A DNA stretch of 48,994 nucleotides, the filler included, from Sphacelaria rigidula (Eukaryota), in assembly GCA_964200075.2 (NCBI GenBank). It is 2 parts of 2 records of this genome, joined end to end, with 100 filler letters (N's around TTAATTAATTAA, not from the genome) between each part and the next. Parts side by side here need not be neighbours in the genome. Positions count along the whole stretch, not along the records: positions 1 to 24,448 come from CAXNAA020000203.1; positions 24,549 to 48,994 come from CAXNAA020000204.1. The stretch is one strand, 5' to 3'. Position 1 is the first letter of the stretch, and each line of letters opens with the position of its first letter. Of this stretch, positions 12,667 through 24,935 are shown in pieces. Below the pieces are notes generated by a model. That model searched no databases, had not been told where the DNA came from, and was given only the letters and a program-made list of their open reading frames with translations. Made by a program: the position numbers and the translations under genes.

Positions 12667-14892
12667 GTGGAGCACACAAGATCATATAGGGCTCCCCACT
12701 TTGGCCGAACTAATGCAACGGTTCGTTTTGCTGCATCCGTCTTGCCGCGTGGTATGGAGGGCGTGTGGCTTCTTCTAGCGCCGTCCCGAACGTTGCTGAT
12801 GATACTGACTCTACGTTCTAACCTTCCCGGCGATAACGGTGACCACGACGGAGTGAACGGTAGCAGGCGGAATATTTCTGTTGCCTATCGAAGCAGGAAG
12901 TCTCACAATCGCTCTCTGGCGTCATATCCTGAGCTAGTGTACCAAACTCTACCCTCCGGATGAACAACCAGATTTGTATACGCCCGATGTCGATATCAGT
13001 CGCTGGTTTTGCGAGTTCTCAGGACTCCCTACAAATCTTTTTGACTACAGGCATTCTAATATTTCATGTCTTCGACCGGTGCAGTAGTCGATTGCATGGG
13101 GTCTATACTAGGAATCTGCCGTCCACGGGCTTTTCGACAACCGTGGCTCGGTCACTGACCTCGGTTTACGCTGTGTACCGTTCATTTTTGTCCCTACCGT
13201 TTGACTGTCCACCCCAGAAGCAGGAGGTGATGGTGGATTAAGTCCAAGAACGAGGCGGATGCGACCAATAGACTAGAAACTATTGTGGAACGAGTGCCGT
13301 CGCCGTCGAATACGTGTACGGCAATAGGAGGCAGCGAAAGCCTTGTGCGGTGAATGGACGAGAAGAGAGCGAGTGTTAACGGCAAATACACAACCTTACA
13401 TTATCAGCGCAGTAATATTCCTCGCATTCATTTGGCGGTTCGATCAATTTACATGCCTGAGTTTCGATGCAATCGACTTGGTAATTTCAAGCTGAAGGTA
13501 GTCGAGTTATGTAGTCGACGTTGGTGCAAGTGCAAAGCTTTGTCGGAGCGGGCGGCGACAACCCTTGGTGATACACATTCAACATGTATAAGTTGGAGAG
13601 AAGCACGAACACCCACACTTGTGAAATGCTACTTGCAGGACACAAAAAAGAAGGTTGACGCTATTGCAGCATTGTCCAAATCAAGGGAATTTGTCCACCT
13701 CTCCACAGCCGACCGTGGAGGAATGAACCTGACTGAGGATATTGTAGTAGCGGTACTGGGTACTAGCACAGTGCTGCGTCTTGGCGCCTGGTCAGAAAAT
13801 ATCGAAAAAGTGGAACATGCACGGTAGGGGGGTGCTGGTACTACACGTCTGGTTTGGGGAGAAGAGAAGGGTCGTTGTGATGCCTACAGGGCGTTATACA
13901 ATCACCTTGAGCTTCGAGCAACAGACCAAGGGTCAACGCCCCGTCCGTTCAACGAATAACGTAATGATGGATGCGTCAGCGCCGTGATGCATCGTACTGG
14001 TGAGCCATCGTGGGTTGGCGCTTCTATGCGGCTCACAGGATCCTGATGAACACACGCTTGTAGAAGAGCACTTGGGAGGTGATGAGACTCTGACTACGAG
14101 TGAATCAAATGAGTTGTCTTCCGTCAACTGTATCCTCAAGATGCGTGCGAAAGGAGGAAGTACCAGCACAGAGGCCTCCGTCGTCCTCACCAGGTTTTGA
14201 TAGGTAAATGACATCAACACGTGTACTCCTCGGTATCGCCGCAGATTCATCAACACCCCAATGCAGGATATTATTGCGTTTTATTTTATCATACAACGTA
14301 CACGGCACACGAGCCGCGTTCCCTCGTTCGATAGTCTCAATGTATAGTTGTCCCCCAGTCAGGAGCTATTGCCCCGATACACGCGCTGAGACGCGAGCAT
14401 TCCCTTTGCTGGATATCGCTTTCAACGACGCAACCGTAACTCTGGAATGTACCGTTACCCCCATTGCCTGCTGCACGTACACGTAAGACGAGGCCTTTAC
14501 TATTAATGTATGCACCAGGGCTGAACACACTGAGCTGCATCTCGTGTAGCAGTCACGGGAAACATGCCATGCCGTAATGCTTGCGCGTGTTGTCCGACAC
14601 ACGCCATAGGACAGAAACACGGCAAAGGGTACGTAATTACAAAACTCAGCACAACCAGGATCGATGCAGGGTGTGCACCCGTCCATCTCTTATGGACCCC
14701 AGCCGAAATATTGCGGCAATAGGTCAGGTTAAGCAGAACGTTAGCTGAATTATTTTACTAATCAAATTTCTGTTGAGTGGCTCCGAATCGTGTCTTCGTT
14801 GGATGCATGCAACGTCGGTGATGTACACGATGTAATATACCTCCCGTCGCGCACTCAAGCGGCAAACACTGGACATTAGGCAACAAAATTCT

Positions 14893-17800
14893 TCACTTGT
14901 AAGAACGTTCTTCGTCCTCGTGACGGCGCCTTGTTTCTGTCTCTTTCCCTTCTACTCCCCCGTGCACTCCAGAACCCTTTTCTTCAGCAACAGCCGTGGG
15001 ATTCGTCGCGCCCGCCAGGCGCTTCTGCCTCAGCGATTTCTGGCCTTCTTTCTTCATTACACTAAAAAAACTGTCGTAGTCTGCCGATGCCAGCAAGCAC
15101 TTGATAAATAGCTGGACCTGAAATATTGTGGAAAAATCAGAAAAAGCAGGCAAAGTGTTGATGGCGAAACTTTAAGCTTTCGATTACATCGTACAACAAG
15201 AAGACAAATCACCGAGCACCAGCTTTATCTGGACACTCAGGAAAGGGAGTGGGTTGAAACTGATATGATGCTCCCCGGGGTGAGTCTCGAATCGTACCAA
15301 GATCGGAGTCAGTGACGATCGTTCGAAAACGTTAGCTTGATAAGATACCGGTTCTCAACCCCACCGCAACACGCCCACCAAAGGCGATACCCCACGAGCA
15401 CCCCTTAACCATCGTTTATCCAGCGTGATATTCTGATCACCCACGGCATCAACTTGTCTTTATGCCGTTCTCCTCTACGTCAGATATGGAACCGAGAATA
15501 AACTTGAAGCCCACGAGTGTTCTCTCGCAGGTCTCTCCTTCGGGTAGGCTGGGGGAGGATCAGAACCTTTCACGGCTACACCTCCTAGATTGTGGCTTTA
15601 CAGTTGTGTAGAGGAAAACCCACCTCCAACACCTAGGCTTTTGTGGTGGGTCAAGCAAAAGCGACTGCAAGTTTTGGAATATTGTGAATGGTCACCGTAG
15701 AGCATGTGCTATATAGGGTAGAAATATCTCTCGTTCAAGGAAATAAAGGGTATTCATTGGCACATGACAGGTGGGGATAGGTTATCTCGCCTTTGGATCC
15801 TTGCTGCCCTGATGATCTCGGATAACTGTGTAAAATTCCCCGATCGTGCTTCTTTCCTTCTCTGCTAGCAGACGGTGCGGATATCAAAGGTAAACGCGTG
15901 AGCAGAATTGCAGAGGCACGGCAGTAGTGCTCAGAAGCGGCAATAGCTTCCAACCAGAAAATGAACGGCATGTATATTTTTGGAATCATGAAAATTCCTC
16001 GGTCCAAGAAGCTACAGACTACTCGCTTAAACTCGCTACCCGCGTTCTATATACCCAACACCCCAAACCCTTCCTCCGAGCTGGTGGGGACGGAGGCACT
16101 ACAGCCTATTAGGTCAACGTTTCACAATACAATCACAACGGTTTTCATCACCCTGTAACTTCTGGTGCCCTGATCCAGGGGGCGGGGAAATGACAGTATG
16201 TACACGTGTCACGCATCATGACTCGTCCAAAAACGTGAAGAAGACAGGTTTTCATACGCATGAGATTGATCAAGAATTGATTTGATTGAGTTACAGACTC
16301 TACCAACTTATCCTCGAGGGGTCCAGTCGTGCCAACAATATGGACGTACCCAAGGTAAGGCAAAGGGAAACAGTTGCGGAAATAAACTTGACCAAGGGAC
16401 ACACGAGGGAGAAATGTGGGACAAACAGAGTGTATCGATAAAAAATTAGAGACAAACCAATCAGAGGAGCAACAGAGAAGGAAAGGACAGGACGGAAGAA
16501 CAGGAACACGAACAGCCGATTCCGATCAAAATATTCGAAGTGGTCACAAAAAAAGAGGAAAAACTGAACAAATAACAAGATATGGTCGCCCCAAGCAACA
16601 TGAATTCCGGCCAGAATGACGTGCGGGAAAAGTTTGCCATGGAAGCTATTTGGGAAACGAATGACCTGGGCACGAACTGTCCATCACAGGCAGGCCCGGC
16701 ACGGGCGAGAAACACACACCACCGCAGTAGCAACTGAACAAGAAACGGGAGAAGGAGGGCGTACTCATTTGATTGCTTCCCTCAGAGACAGGGAAGGAGG
16801 GGGGGGGAGGAGGAAGAAGTGCAGAGAACGGATAATGATGGGGGAAAGACGATACAGATGACAAAGAAAAAATGAAACATGGGTAGAAACACAACCAGGG
16901 GCATTGTCGAGCTTGCGAGCCAAGGAGACAAGTCAAAAACCGATGAGATGAGACGGGTAAATCAGTTTCGTACCACCTCTGCCTCTCCCACTCAAAATAA
17001 GTGATAACGGGTCAGAAAGGCACATACCTAGCGTTTCCGTTACTGTAGCTGAAAAAACGCCAGCGAATGCAACCAAATAATCGAAAATCAAATCGGACAT
17101 CGTTGAGGGCTCGTACAAACATAACGATACAGACTTATGGGACAGAGGAAATATACTCTGGTCAGACTCATCGTGGTGCGTCCAACGCGAGTTTGTCGTC
17201 AACCCATGCGTAAAACAAAAATATGCACGGCAAGACAATCACTGTATCTGGACGCATCTAGACTCTTGCATTGGTTTACAGTATTGATATTTACCGCCGC
17301 CACCGCGGTGTCACTAGCTAGTGGCACACCAACCCCAAATAGGGCTGGAGATTGACGATTCGAGTCCTGGTTGATGCGGTTTTTCTTCGAGAAGTGTCTG
17401 TTTTGAGTCGTTAAGAATGTGGCGGCATCATGGGAAGAGACGTTTTTTCGAAAGCTGACGTGGTGCTGGAAACTGATCGTTCCCACGGCCATGTTTAATA
17501 TTAATAGCACAGGACCCATCCAAAAAGCATGTCACGCAAACGTTATTCATCTGCTACATCTATTTGGGATATACATCTGAAAAAGCTCCATTCGTACAAC
17601 CCATCGAGATCTCGCATGCATCTGGGATATCTGTCTGGGATGTTCAATCCACCTAGAGCATCCATCTGGAATGTTCCGCCCATTAGGTATGATGTCTCCG
17701 GTAGTGTTTGAGTGACAGTAGGTAGTCCACATGAAATTTGTGATTGGAAACATCCAGACAGATACCGAGGGAGACGTGGGCTGATCCCTCGACTTGAGAT

Positions 17801-20800
17801 TACGGATCCATCCCGAGACAGGGGAGGGGTCAAACGTGTGGCGGGTAAAAACTGGTGGTGGAAGGGTTCTGTTCATGATTGTATCGCTCGACAAGAGAAA
17901 CCTACGTAATGCAGGAGGAGAGCGCGGGGCGCGCTCAAGCAAGCCGGCTGTTTCCCAACTAAAGGTGGGATCCATTCTGCTGGTTACCGTGTATTTGCGA
18001 TGCTCCATTACAGTACCGGAGAACGATTTTAGCCTCAACGTTCGAACTTGCGGTCTACCAAACGAGGGGAGCGGTGCCACGTGGCTGCTATATGGCCAGA
18101 AAAGCTGAGAGCACATACCACTATTGAGTATCGTTGTTGACGGGGCTATTTTTTCAAACTATTCAGACGTTTTCGAAAAAACAAAACGTAATCTTCGAAA
18201 ACTTGTGACAGCAGATGTCTCAACTAGGTCGAGGAATAAAACGATTCAAGACTGACTAGATATTACTCGGAAAATCCAGCGTTGGACTTGTCTTGGCGAC
18301 TCTTTTTTCAGAATCGGAAATTTTCCCGAGAAAGTAGGACAAATCTTTTCAACAAGTCCCATCAATAATGATCCTACGCAATGACGTGGATGAAGCACAT
18401 CAACTGAGATGCCAAAGCACTGTCATCTTTGGCATTTCTTTTGTCATGCAACAAGGTATTCTTGGGAGAGAAAAACATGCTGTCTACTGGTATCTCAAGT
18501 GTGTGTGTCCTAGCCATTATGGCGTCTCTTCCTACAGTACCGTGCGCCTGGCCGTCGGCGTTGCTTTCGTTTTCATGTGCTTGGCGGAGGTGCGGGGTTC
18601 TGGGTTTTGGGTATGCACGTTTGAGGTGATCGGTTTACACTGCATATGGGCCACGGGATGCTGGAGAACATTTGCACGCATTCAGGGCGCTGACAAAATA
18701 CTTTGCCACCATCCCTGCCGCCGCCCCAACCCCTCCCATTCAAACCGCAGTGTCAAACGTTGAGGGAGTTGGGATACTTTTTCGAGAGTACAGAGTCCCT
18801 TGGATGACGCGCAATGAGTCCGTCTTTGGTGGACCACTTGGCCGGTTCAACCGCGGTTGATTGCCGAAACGAGAGCTCTTCAATATAGAATCGCGTTGAT
18901 GTCCTGTGGACGGTGCGTAATGCATCTTTGAAAAAATTACAACATGCACGTTGATGAGGAATTCAAAACATAAACGCTGAAGCGATGAAGCGACCTGTTC
19001 GCGAGGTCAATCCGAGAAAATGATTCGACTGTCTGGCAAATTGATAGATGGGGTCCGTAAAGGTACTGGCATGAATCTGTGAACCAGAGCGGTGTCTTTT
19101 GTGCTCCTCCGCGAGGTCTATCCTGCTATCAACACAGAATTTTACGAATTGGGGATGGATTCTTCATTGAGGATGAGAAACCCAGATAATTAAAATCTTC
19201 GTATCCACACCAAATCTTAGAAATATGGTTCAATTTCTTCATTTGCTGGTAGCTATTGACAATAACTACACGCCATGCAAAATTTGATTTCGATAACCGA
19301 AATGTTGGGGTCCTAGATGATTAAGCATTTGGGGGGAATTTCGGCGATCAGATCGGATCATCTGAATGCCCCCGAATTGTTTTTTCACTTAGGATCCCAA
19401 CATGTCGCTTATCAGGATCCAAATTCGTACGGCGTGTAGTAGTTGTCAATGGCTACCTGTAGGTCAAGGAATGGAACTATATTTCGAAGATTTGCTGTGG
19501 ATACAGGTGGGTACGAAGATTTTTATTCTGCGGGTTCCCATTCTCAATAAAAAACCCATCCCCAATTTGAAAAATCCCGTGAATATTGGACACCTAGAAT
19601 CCCCCACAATTGTTTTTTTACCGAGGACCCCGACATTTCGGTTCTCGAAATCCAAATTTGGATGGCGTGTAGTAGTTGTCAATAGCTACTAGCAAGTGCA
19701 GAAATTGAAGCATACTTCGAAGATTCGGTGTGGATACGAAGATTTTAATTCTCCGGGTTTTCATCCCCAATAAAAGATGCGTCCCCAATTTGTAAAATCC
19801 CGTGTTTACACTCGATGCGCTGGGCCTGTCAAACATGGATCAGGGCCTCCTCGCCTTGAAAGGAGCTGGTATATCATCTCACGAATATCTTGTACCCGAA
19901 AGTTGAAACTTCTCCTTCGCTGGGGGTAGGTCAGAGGGGCAGGGGCAGATGTTCCCGTCTACTGATCCCCTTGCTCCACCCTACAGCTATGAGTACGCAC
20001 ATGATGATGTCCATTGCTATATAAATATAGCCTGACCAAAGCCTGACCTATAAACTCTTCCAGCTTCCCCTCGAATATCAGCAGGTACTCGTTGAAGAGC
20101 TCCTGATACTCCAGGCTGTGCTCCTCTGTCTTTCCTTCCGCCATTACCTGCCAATCAATAATATATTGAACACCCACACCGTTCATCACTGAGGGGCGCA
20201 GGGTCATCCTGAGTAACGTACAATGCTGCCTAGTGTAGCGGTGCATGTTGCACTCGTGGTTCGTATGCCTTCTCGTTGCACAAATATGCGAGTATAAAAG
20301 TAGCACGCCTGGTTGAACGCGGACGTGTACAGTAGGTATCGTCGGGACACGGCATTCCCAACATGGCATGTAAAATTGAAAACAGCGGCCAGCCGTAGAA
20401 CGCTCCAACTCTGGCTGGACTAACGTAAAATGTGTCTACAAGAGTGTAACTCACGACTGTGTTGTTCACTTAAGATGGTCGTTGAGCATGTATCTGTTGT
20501 GGCAGTCACAGTTGATACAGTGTGTAGCCATTTTCACCCGTCCGGCATACGCGGTATAAAAGGTACTGAGCACCACCACACTTGCTCCACTAACCGTCCA
20601 TAATATATGGGCTGATGGTGAATCAATCGCCAGCTCACGTACCTCGAACTTGGGCCCGTGCTTGCGGAAATACGCTCTAAAAACATCGAGGAACTCGTCG
20701 CCCCAGCAATGCTTAATCGCCTTGGCCAGCAGGCCTCCATGCGCTTCATCTTGTTCGTCATTGCCGTCTTTACCTTCACCCTCTTCGCTTGCTCGCTTCG

Positions 20801-20804
20801 GCAT
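14893..20804 (-). CDS. BART (ARL2-binding)/CFAP36-like domain protein, 4 exons, 185 aa
   Basis: Exons 20643-20804, 20048-20147, 15791-15861 (GC donor) and 14893-15117 join in frame (558 nt with stop). The product contains EEHSLEYQELFNEYLLIFEGKLEEFIEKERSTIGEFY and LLASADYDSFFSVM, the BART-domain pattern (EH.LEY......Y....E..LE.F ... DY..F...M). Confidence 0.88.
19131..19806. mobile_element. Related foldback MITE with one left arm and two tandem right arms (BART intron 2)
   Basis: Shares cattgaggatgaga...ggtagctattgacaa..ctacacg arms with 6112-6527; right arm present at ~19420-19580 and ~19650-19806. Confidence 0.75.
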
Positions 20805-23800
20805 TGCGCGGTTACTCAAGGATACAGTACTTGCTTGAGCCACACAGGCACCCAAGTTTCGACGTGCAAAGCTTCAAGTGTAAGCCATAGTCTCGGAACC
20901 ATTACCATTTATATTGACGCAACTCTGTACTCCGTTCATTATCAGTCGGCCCATCCCTCGCCTTTACGACAAACCGTGGGCGAGAAGTGGTCGATGTGTC
21001 AAAGTTTGACGGTTACGTGAAAAACACGCCTCTAGAACCTCTTCTCTAGAGTATGACCACTTGGATCATAGCTGCTTAGCCTACCGCGTCGCTACCTCAC
21101 TGTAAGCGCGATACCCACGGCAACTGGCGGTCGTCCGCTGAGGTAACAAAGGTCAGAAATGGTATCAGACTGATTCTGAAATCCCAAGTTCAAAGTCGTT
21201 TCCCTCAACCTGTCTAAATGATCCAGATATGTGAGCTTGCGTGCTGCGAAAGAACACAGATGCTCCGATCAGCTGAGACAAGCGATATAGCGCTGAAAGC
21301 AGTACATTTGCATATGATACTGGATGCAGTAGGTACAGAGTAGTAAGGACAATGAAGTCAGGCAGTCTACAACGATAGCACCCCACAACAAGTGCAACAG
21401 CTCGCGGGATAGCCAGCACGGTACAGCCAGTGCCAAGGCAATGATATCCCTAGTATTGATATAAATAGTACAGTAGCGTACCTTACATGGACGAATCTCT
21501 TCCTTGGGGGCAGTGGCCTTCAATCGAGAGACGCATGGTGAGCGGCATCCAGCGTAGTTCCATCATGAGTCGAGGCGTGCGTTACAGATACTGTAGTACA
21601 AGACCACAGGCAACAATCATAATATCGATGTCTGCTCCAGTAGGACATGCATTATAATATTTCAGTACAGTCAGTACATTCAGCACCGGTGAGCGATACG
21701 GCGGCAGGCATGTGCGGCAGAGACAGTTACAGGGCCATGCTTTCCTCTCCTGTGCGGTAGTGTACAGGCGGCACCAAGTTCATAGGTACGAGCCGTTATG
21801 AACTACAGTAATTAAACTGAAATCATCGTTTTGTTCGTTGTTTTCCATTATTCTTGTCGGAATTTTTGCTGGATACGTGCGTTACTCAAACCCTATCTGC
21901 TGCAGAGAGGTCAACAAGATTGCACTGTTCACTTTTTTGTTGTCCGGGACTGTTCTGGAGTTCAATTCCTTCCGTTGGCTTGCTACAGCCCAGGACAGTA
22001 GAAGGAGAAGAGCTGAGAAAAAATGTGCAGTCAGCACAAGGTCAGCATCCTAAATTTATGATGCTCACCAAGATGGCACCACGTCAAAGCAAGCGCAGCG
22101 TACACCTTAGAAAGGAAGCGGCATTCTAGCACACGAGATCGTACACACAAGAGATATACATGATTGCGTTAGCTGTCTGATGTCCCGTGTGTAGAGTGCT
22201 TGGTTGTCTCCAGCGTTGTACCGCAACAACTTTCAGTCGCGATACCGACTGTATTTATATCGCAAGAAGATCCGCCAGCGCTGGCCAGCCAGTTGGCACC
22301 GTGCTTGTCATGCATGTCTGCACGGCATCGATCAACGCGAGCCATCGGGAGCAACAGCACGGCAGCCTACAAAAAGGGGCCAGCAGCATTGATGGGTGTG
22401 GAGTCTTCCTCTCGTCTATGTTCCCTCCGGGCAACATGAAACACCACACAACGACGACGATGGAGCCATCTTAAACCGTGCCCCGTATCCAAGGCCGTGC
22501 AGATGCAGCAGCAACCTAAGCGCAAATGGAGACTGCAACACCAACCTCGGCCACCGCACCCATACCGCGGGCACGGCGGCACTCATAGCGAACGTTGGGT
22601 ACACTGCCCAGTATACCAATAAACAGAGCACCGCTTGAGAGTCTTCCCTTGTCTTGGACATCATCCTGCCTCCGCACGGTGCTATACTGCGGCTGCGGGC
22701 ACCAGAAGACAGGCGAAATCATGTGTGACGGAAGCTATAGTAAAATCAAGTTTATACTTTGGAATGTACCATGAAAGGTAGAGGGACTAGTGAAAAATTT
22801 AAATCAAATCACTCGAAAAAAATGTTTGTAGTGTGAAAATATACCCGTACCTATGGACTCACCGCCGTACTAGCTGTGTGTATGTCTGTCTTTATCATTA
22901 TTAGTATTATGATTTCCGCACAATAGTCCGATATTTCGAACCCGTGGTCACAAACGTGAGCTCGTCTTTCCAATACCGTCCCTGCTTTTCCTTGCAAGAC
23001 AAAGAGTCCTCCATCATTTTTCTTAAACTCCAGCCTAATGACAAGAACAAACGCAGTCAACTATAATATTACCAAAATGAAAACCAGAAGAAGGGCGGCA
23101 AAAAAAGCATGAGAACAGTAACGGACTATTCATACTCGCAGTTTCATCGTGCAAATATCTGGTATTGACAACGTTGGTGTTTCGGTATTGCCTTTAGTGA
23201 ATTAGGACAAACGACCGGCAACCCCGATGAGGGCACATTAAGCGTTCCTGACCCTTTGGATCACGAAAAGTTTGAGGTTTGACTGCATGAGCAACTGTAT
23301 GCCAAAACCAGGCATGAATTGGGGCGGTGACACTGACCACAGTTAATTGACCGTCTATTGTAGCGATTGAAGGGTTGGCCATTTGAACGCCCTGGGATTC
23401 CATTCCGACATATTTTCCACTGACAGTCCCGCGACTTTTGAAATTTGGTTTCGTTGGCGTAGATGGACGCCAGAAAGGTGTGGGCGCCTGGCGGAAGTGA
23501 CGCAAAAAACTACTTTTTGGCCCACATTGCCGCCGTGCCCCGGTGGCCTAATGGTACAGCTGATGCCATTACGTCGGAAGAAACGCGGGTTCGATTTCCC
23601 CCCGATGCGCCGGTTGTGGCTTGCCTTTCTTCTCATAAATTCGAGGTATTCAATTGCCATGGTTGAAAACGTGAGAATGCGAGTACATTGTTTGACGACG
23701 CATTGCGGGAGTGCTGATCGAATCTGCGATACCAGACTTCGAGGCGTATACTGGGGTAGAGATGGGTTGATCCCTTGAAGTCACGGACTCGTCCCAAGGA

Positions 23801-24448
23801 CAGAGAGAGGTTAGGCGTGAGACAAAAAAATGCGTGTAGCGTGGCTCCTTAGTGAGCCATGAAACGTACATGGGCTACGCATGATTGCCCTGGATGTGCT
23901 ACCAACCCGTAGCTCATCAGCGCATATTCGCGCTGGGTGAGCTACGAGGGCTCTATGAGCTATGTATTTTTGTCCTGGGTAAGCCACCTAGCCGCAGCTC
24001 ACCAGCGCATGTTTACCCTGGGTGAGCTATCGGGCGTAGCTCATATGTACATATTTGGCTACAAGTGAGCTACAGCCCGCAGATGCGCTATTATAGCTCA
24101 CGAGCTGTCCAACGTGTGGAATTCTTCATAAACCGCACTACAAGTACTACTGGTACGATCTCCGCTACTTCGTTTTGTTGCATTACAACTTTTCAGTCGC
24201 TGCTGGTCGTGGCTTGTGCACTAAGAACTCTTTCACGGGGTATATGGGACCAACCGGTCACTAATGTGCAAGTATTGTCTCTCCACCCTCAGAAGCAACT
24301 TTTTCCGTACACCCAATAGCTGGTAGAACTAGGGGTCAGGGCTTTCAAGAACACTTTCTACGATAGCCCCCCCCCCCCCCCAGACTGGCTTATTAGTGTC
24401 ACGAAACAAATGGCCATACAGCGCCTGATGTCTGGGTTCAGGCTGCAT

Positions 24449-24548
24449 NNNNNNNNNNNNNNNNNNNNNNNNNNNNNNNNNNNNNNNNNNNNTTAATTAA
24501 TTAANNNNNNNNNNNNNNNNNNNNNNNNNNNNNNNNNNNNNNNNNNNN
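24449..24548. other. Artificial contig-join linker N44-TTAATTAATTAA-N44
   Basis: Exactly 100 bp, symmetric, with a six-frame stop linker in the centre. Confidence 0.92.
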
Positions 24549-24839
24549 CACCAGGATGTAGGAGCATTCGACTGGGGGGGGGGGGGGGGGGGGGGGGACA
24601 GAGGGAAAAACAAATGGGGATTGGCTGTAGCAAAACCGAAGTGAACAGAGGAAAATAAAAACAAGCTCACTAACTGATTCAAAATGAGGTTCCCCACACA
24701 CCGCACGTGCCTGAAATAAGTACAAACGGAACAGATGAGTAATGAATCGAACGTACCGATTACGGTGGCAACGAAACAAGCGCTCTGTCCAGTACAAATC
24801 AGACACTGCAGTCTCACTATACACGGGACAAGAACTCAC

Positions 24840-24935
24840 CGGATTCTTCGATGGTGGGAAGTTAGCCTGTTGGTCGAGCTTCTGGAACAACCATTTTTCT
24901 GCGGTCTTAGCGCAGTCTCGCACCTTGCTCTTTTC
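24840..24935 (-). CDS. HSP110: Hsp110 exon (EKSKVRDCAKTAEKWLFQKLDQQANFPPSKNP)
   Basis: KV......E.WL......Q...P....P motif; last exon recovered before the linker gap. Confidence 0.9.

Larger units (their letters stand above)
4847..14486 (+). pseudogene. Degenerate multi-PH-domain gene with S/P/R-rich linkers
   Basis: Exon-like segments with splice signals: 4847-5011, 8370-8462, ~8522-9477, 10297-10665, ~11026-11200, ~13220-13350, ~13640-13824, ~14039-14193, ~14349-14486. PH-like motifs: GWLTKHSCVSGR*PVR...CLSGFTSENDFHRWHRA (8832-9056), GGKLRDRIRRWFVSLR (~11097-11145) and WWIKSKNEADATNRLETI (~13230-13285). In-frame stops and frameshifts are present. Confidence 0.5.

Noticed and set aside
21000-23100. 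Short ORFs and splice-like sites between the BART gene and the linker
   Set aside because: No recognisable protein motif or consistent exon chain, and no Hsp110 C-terminal sequence.
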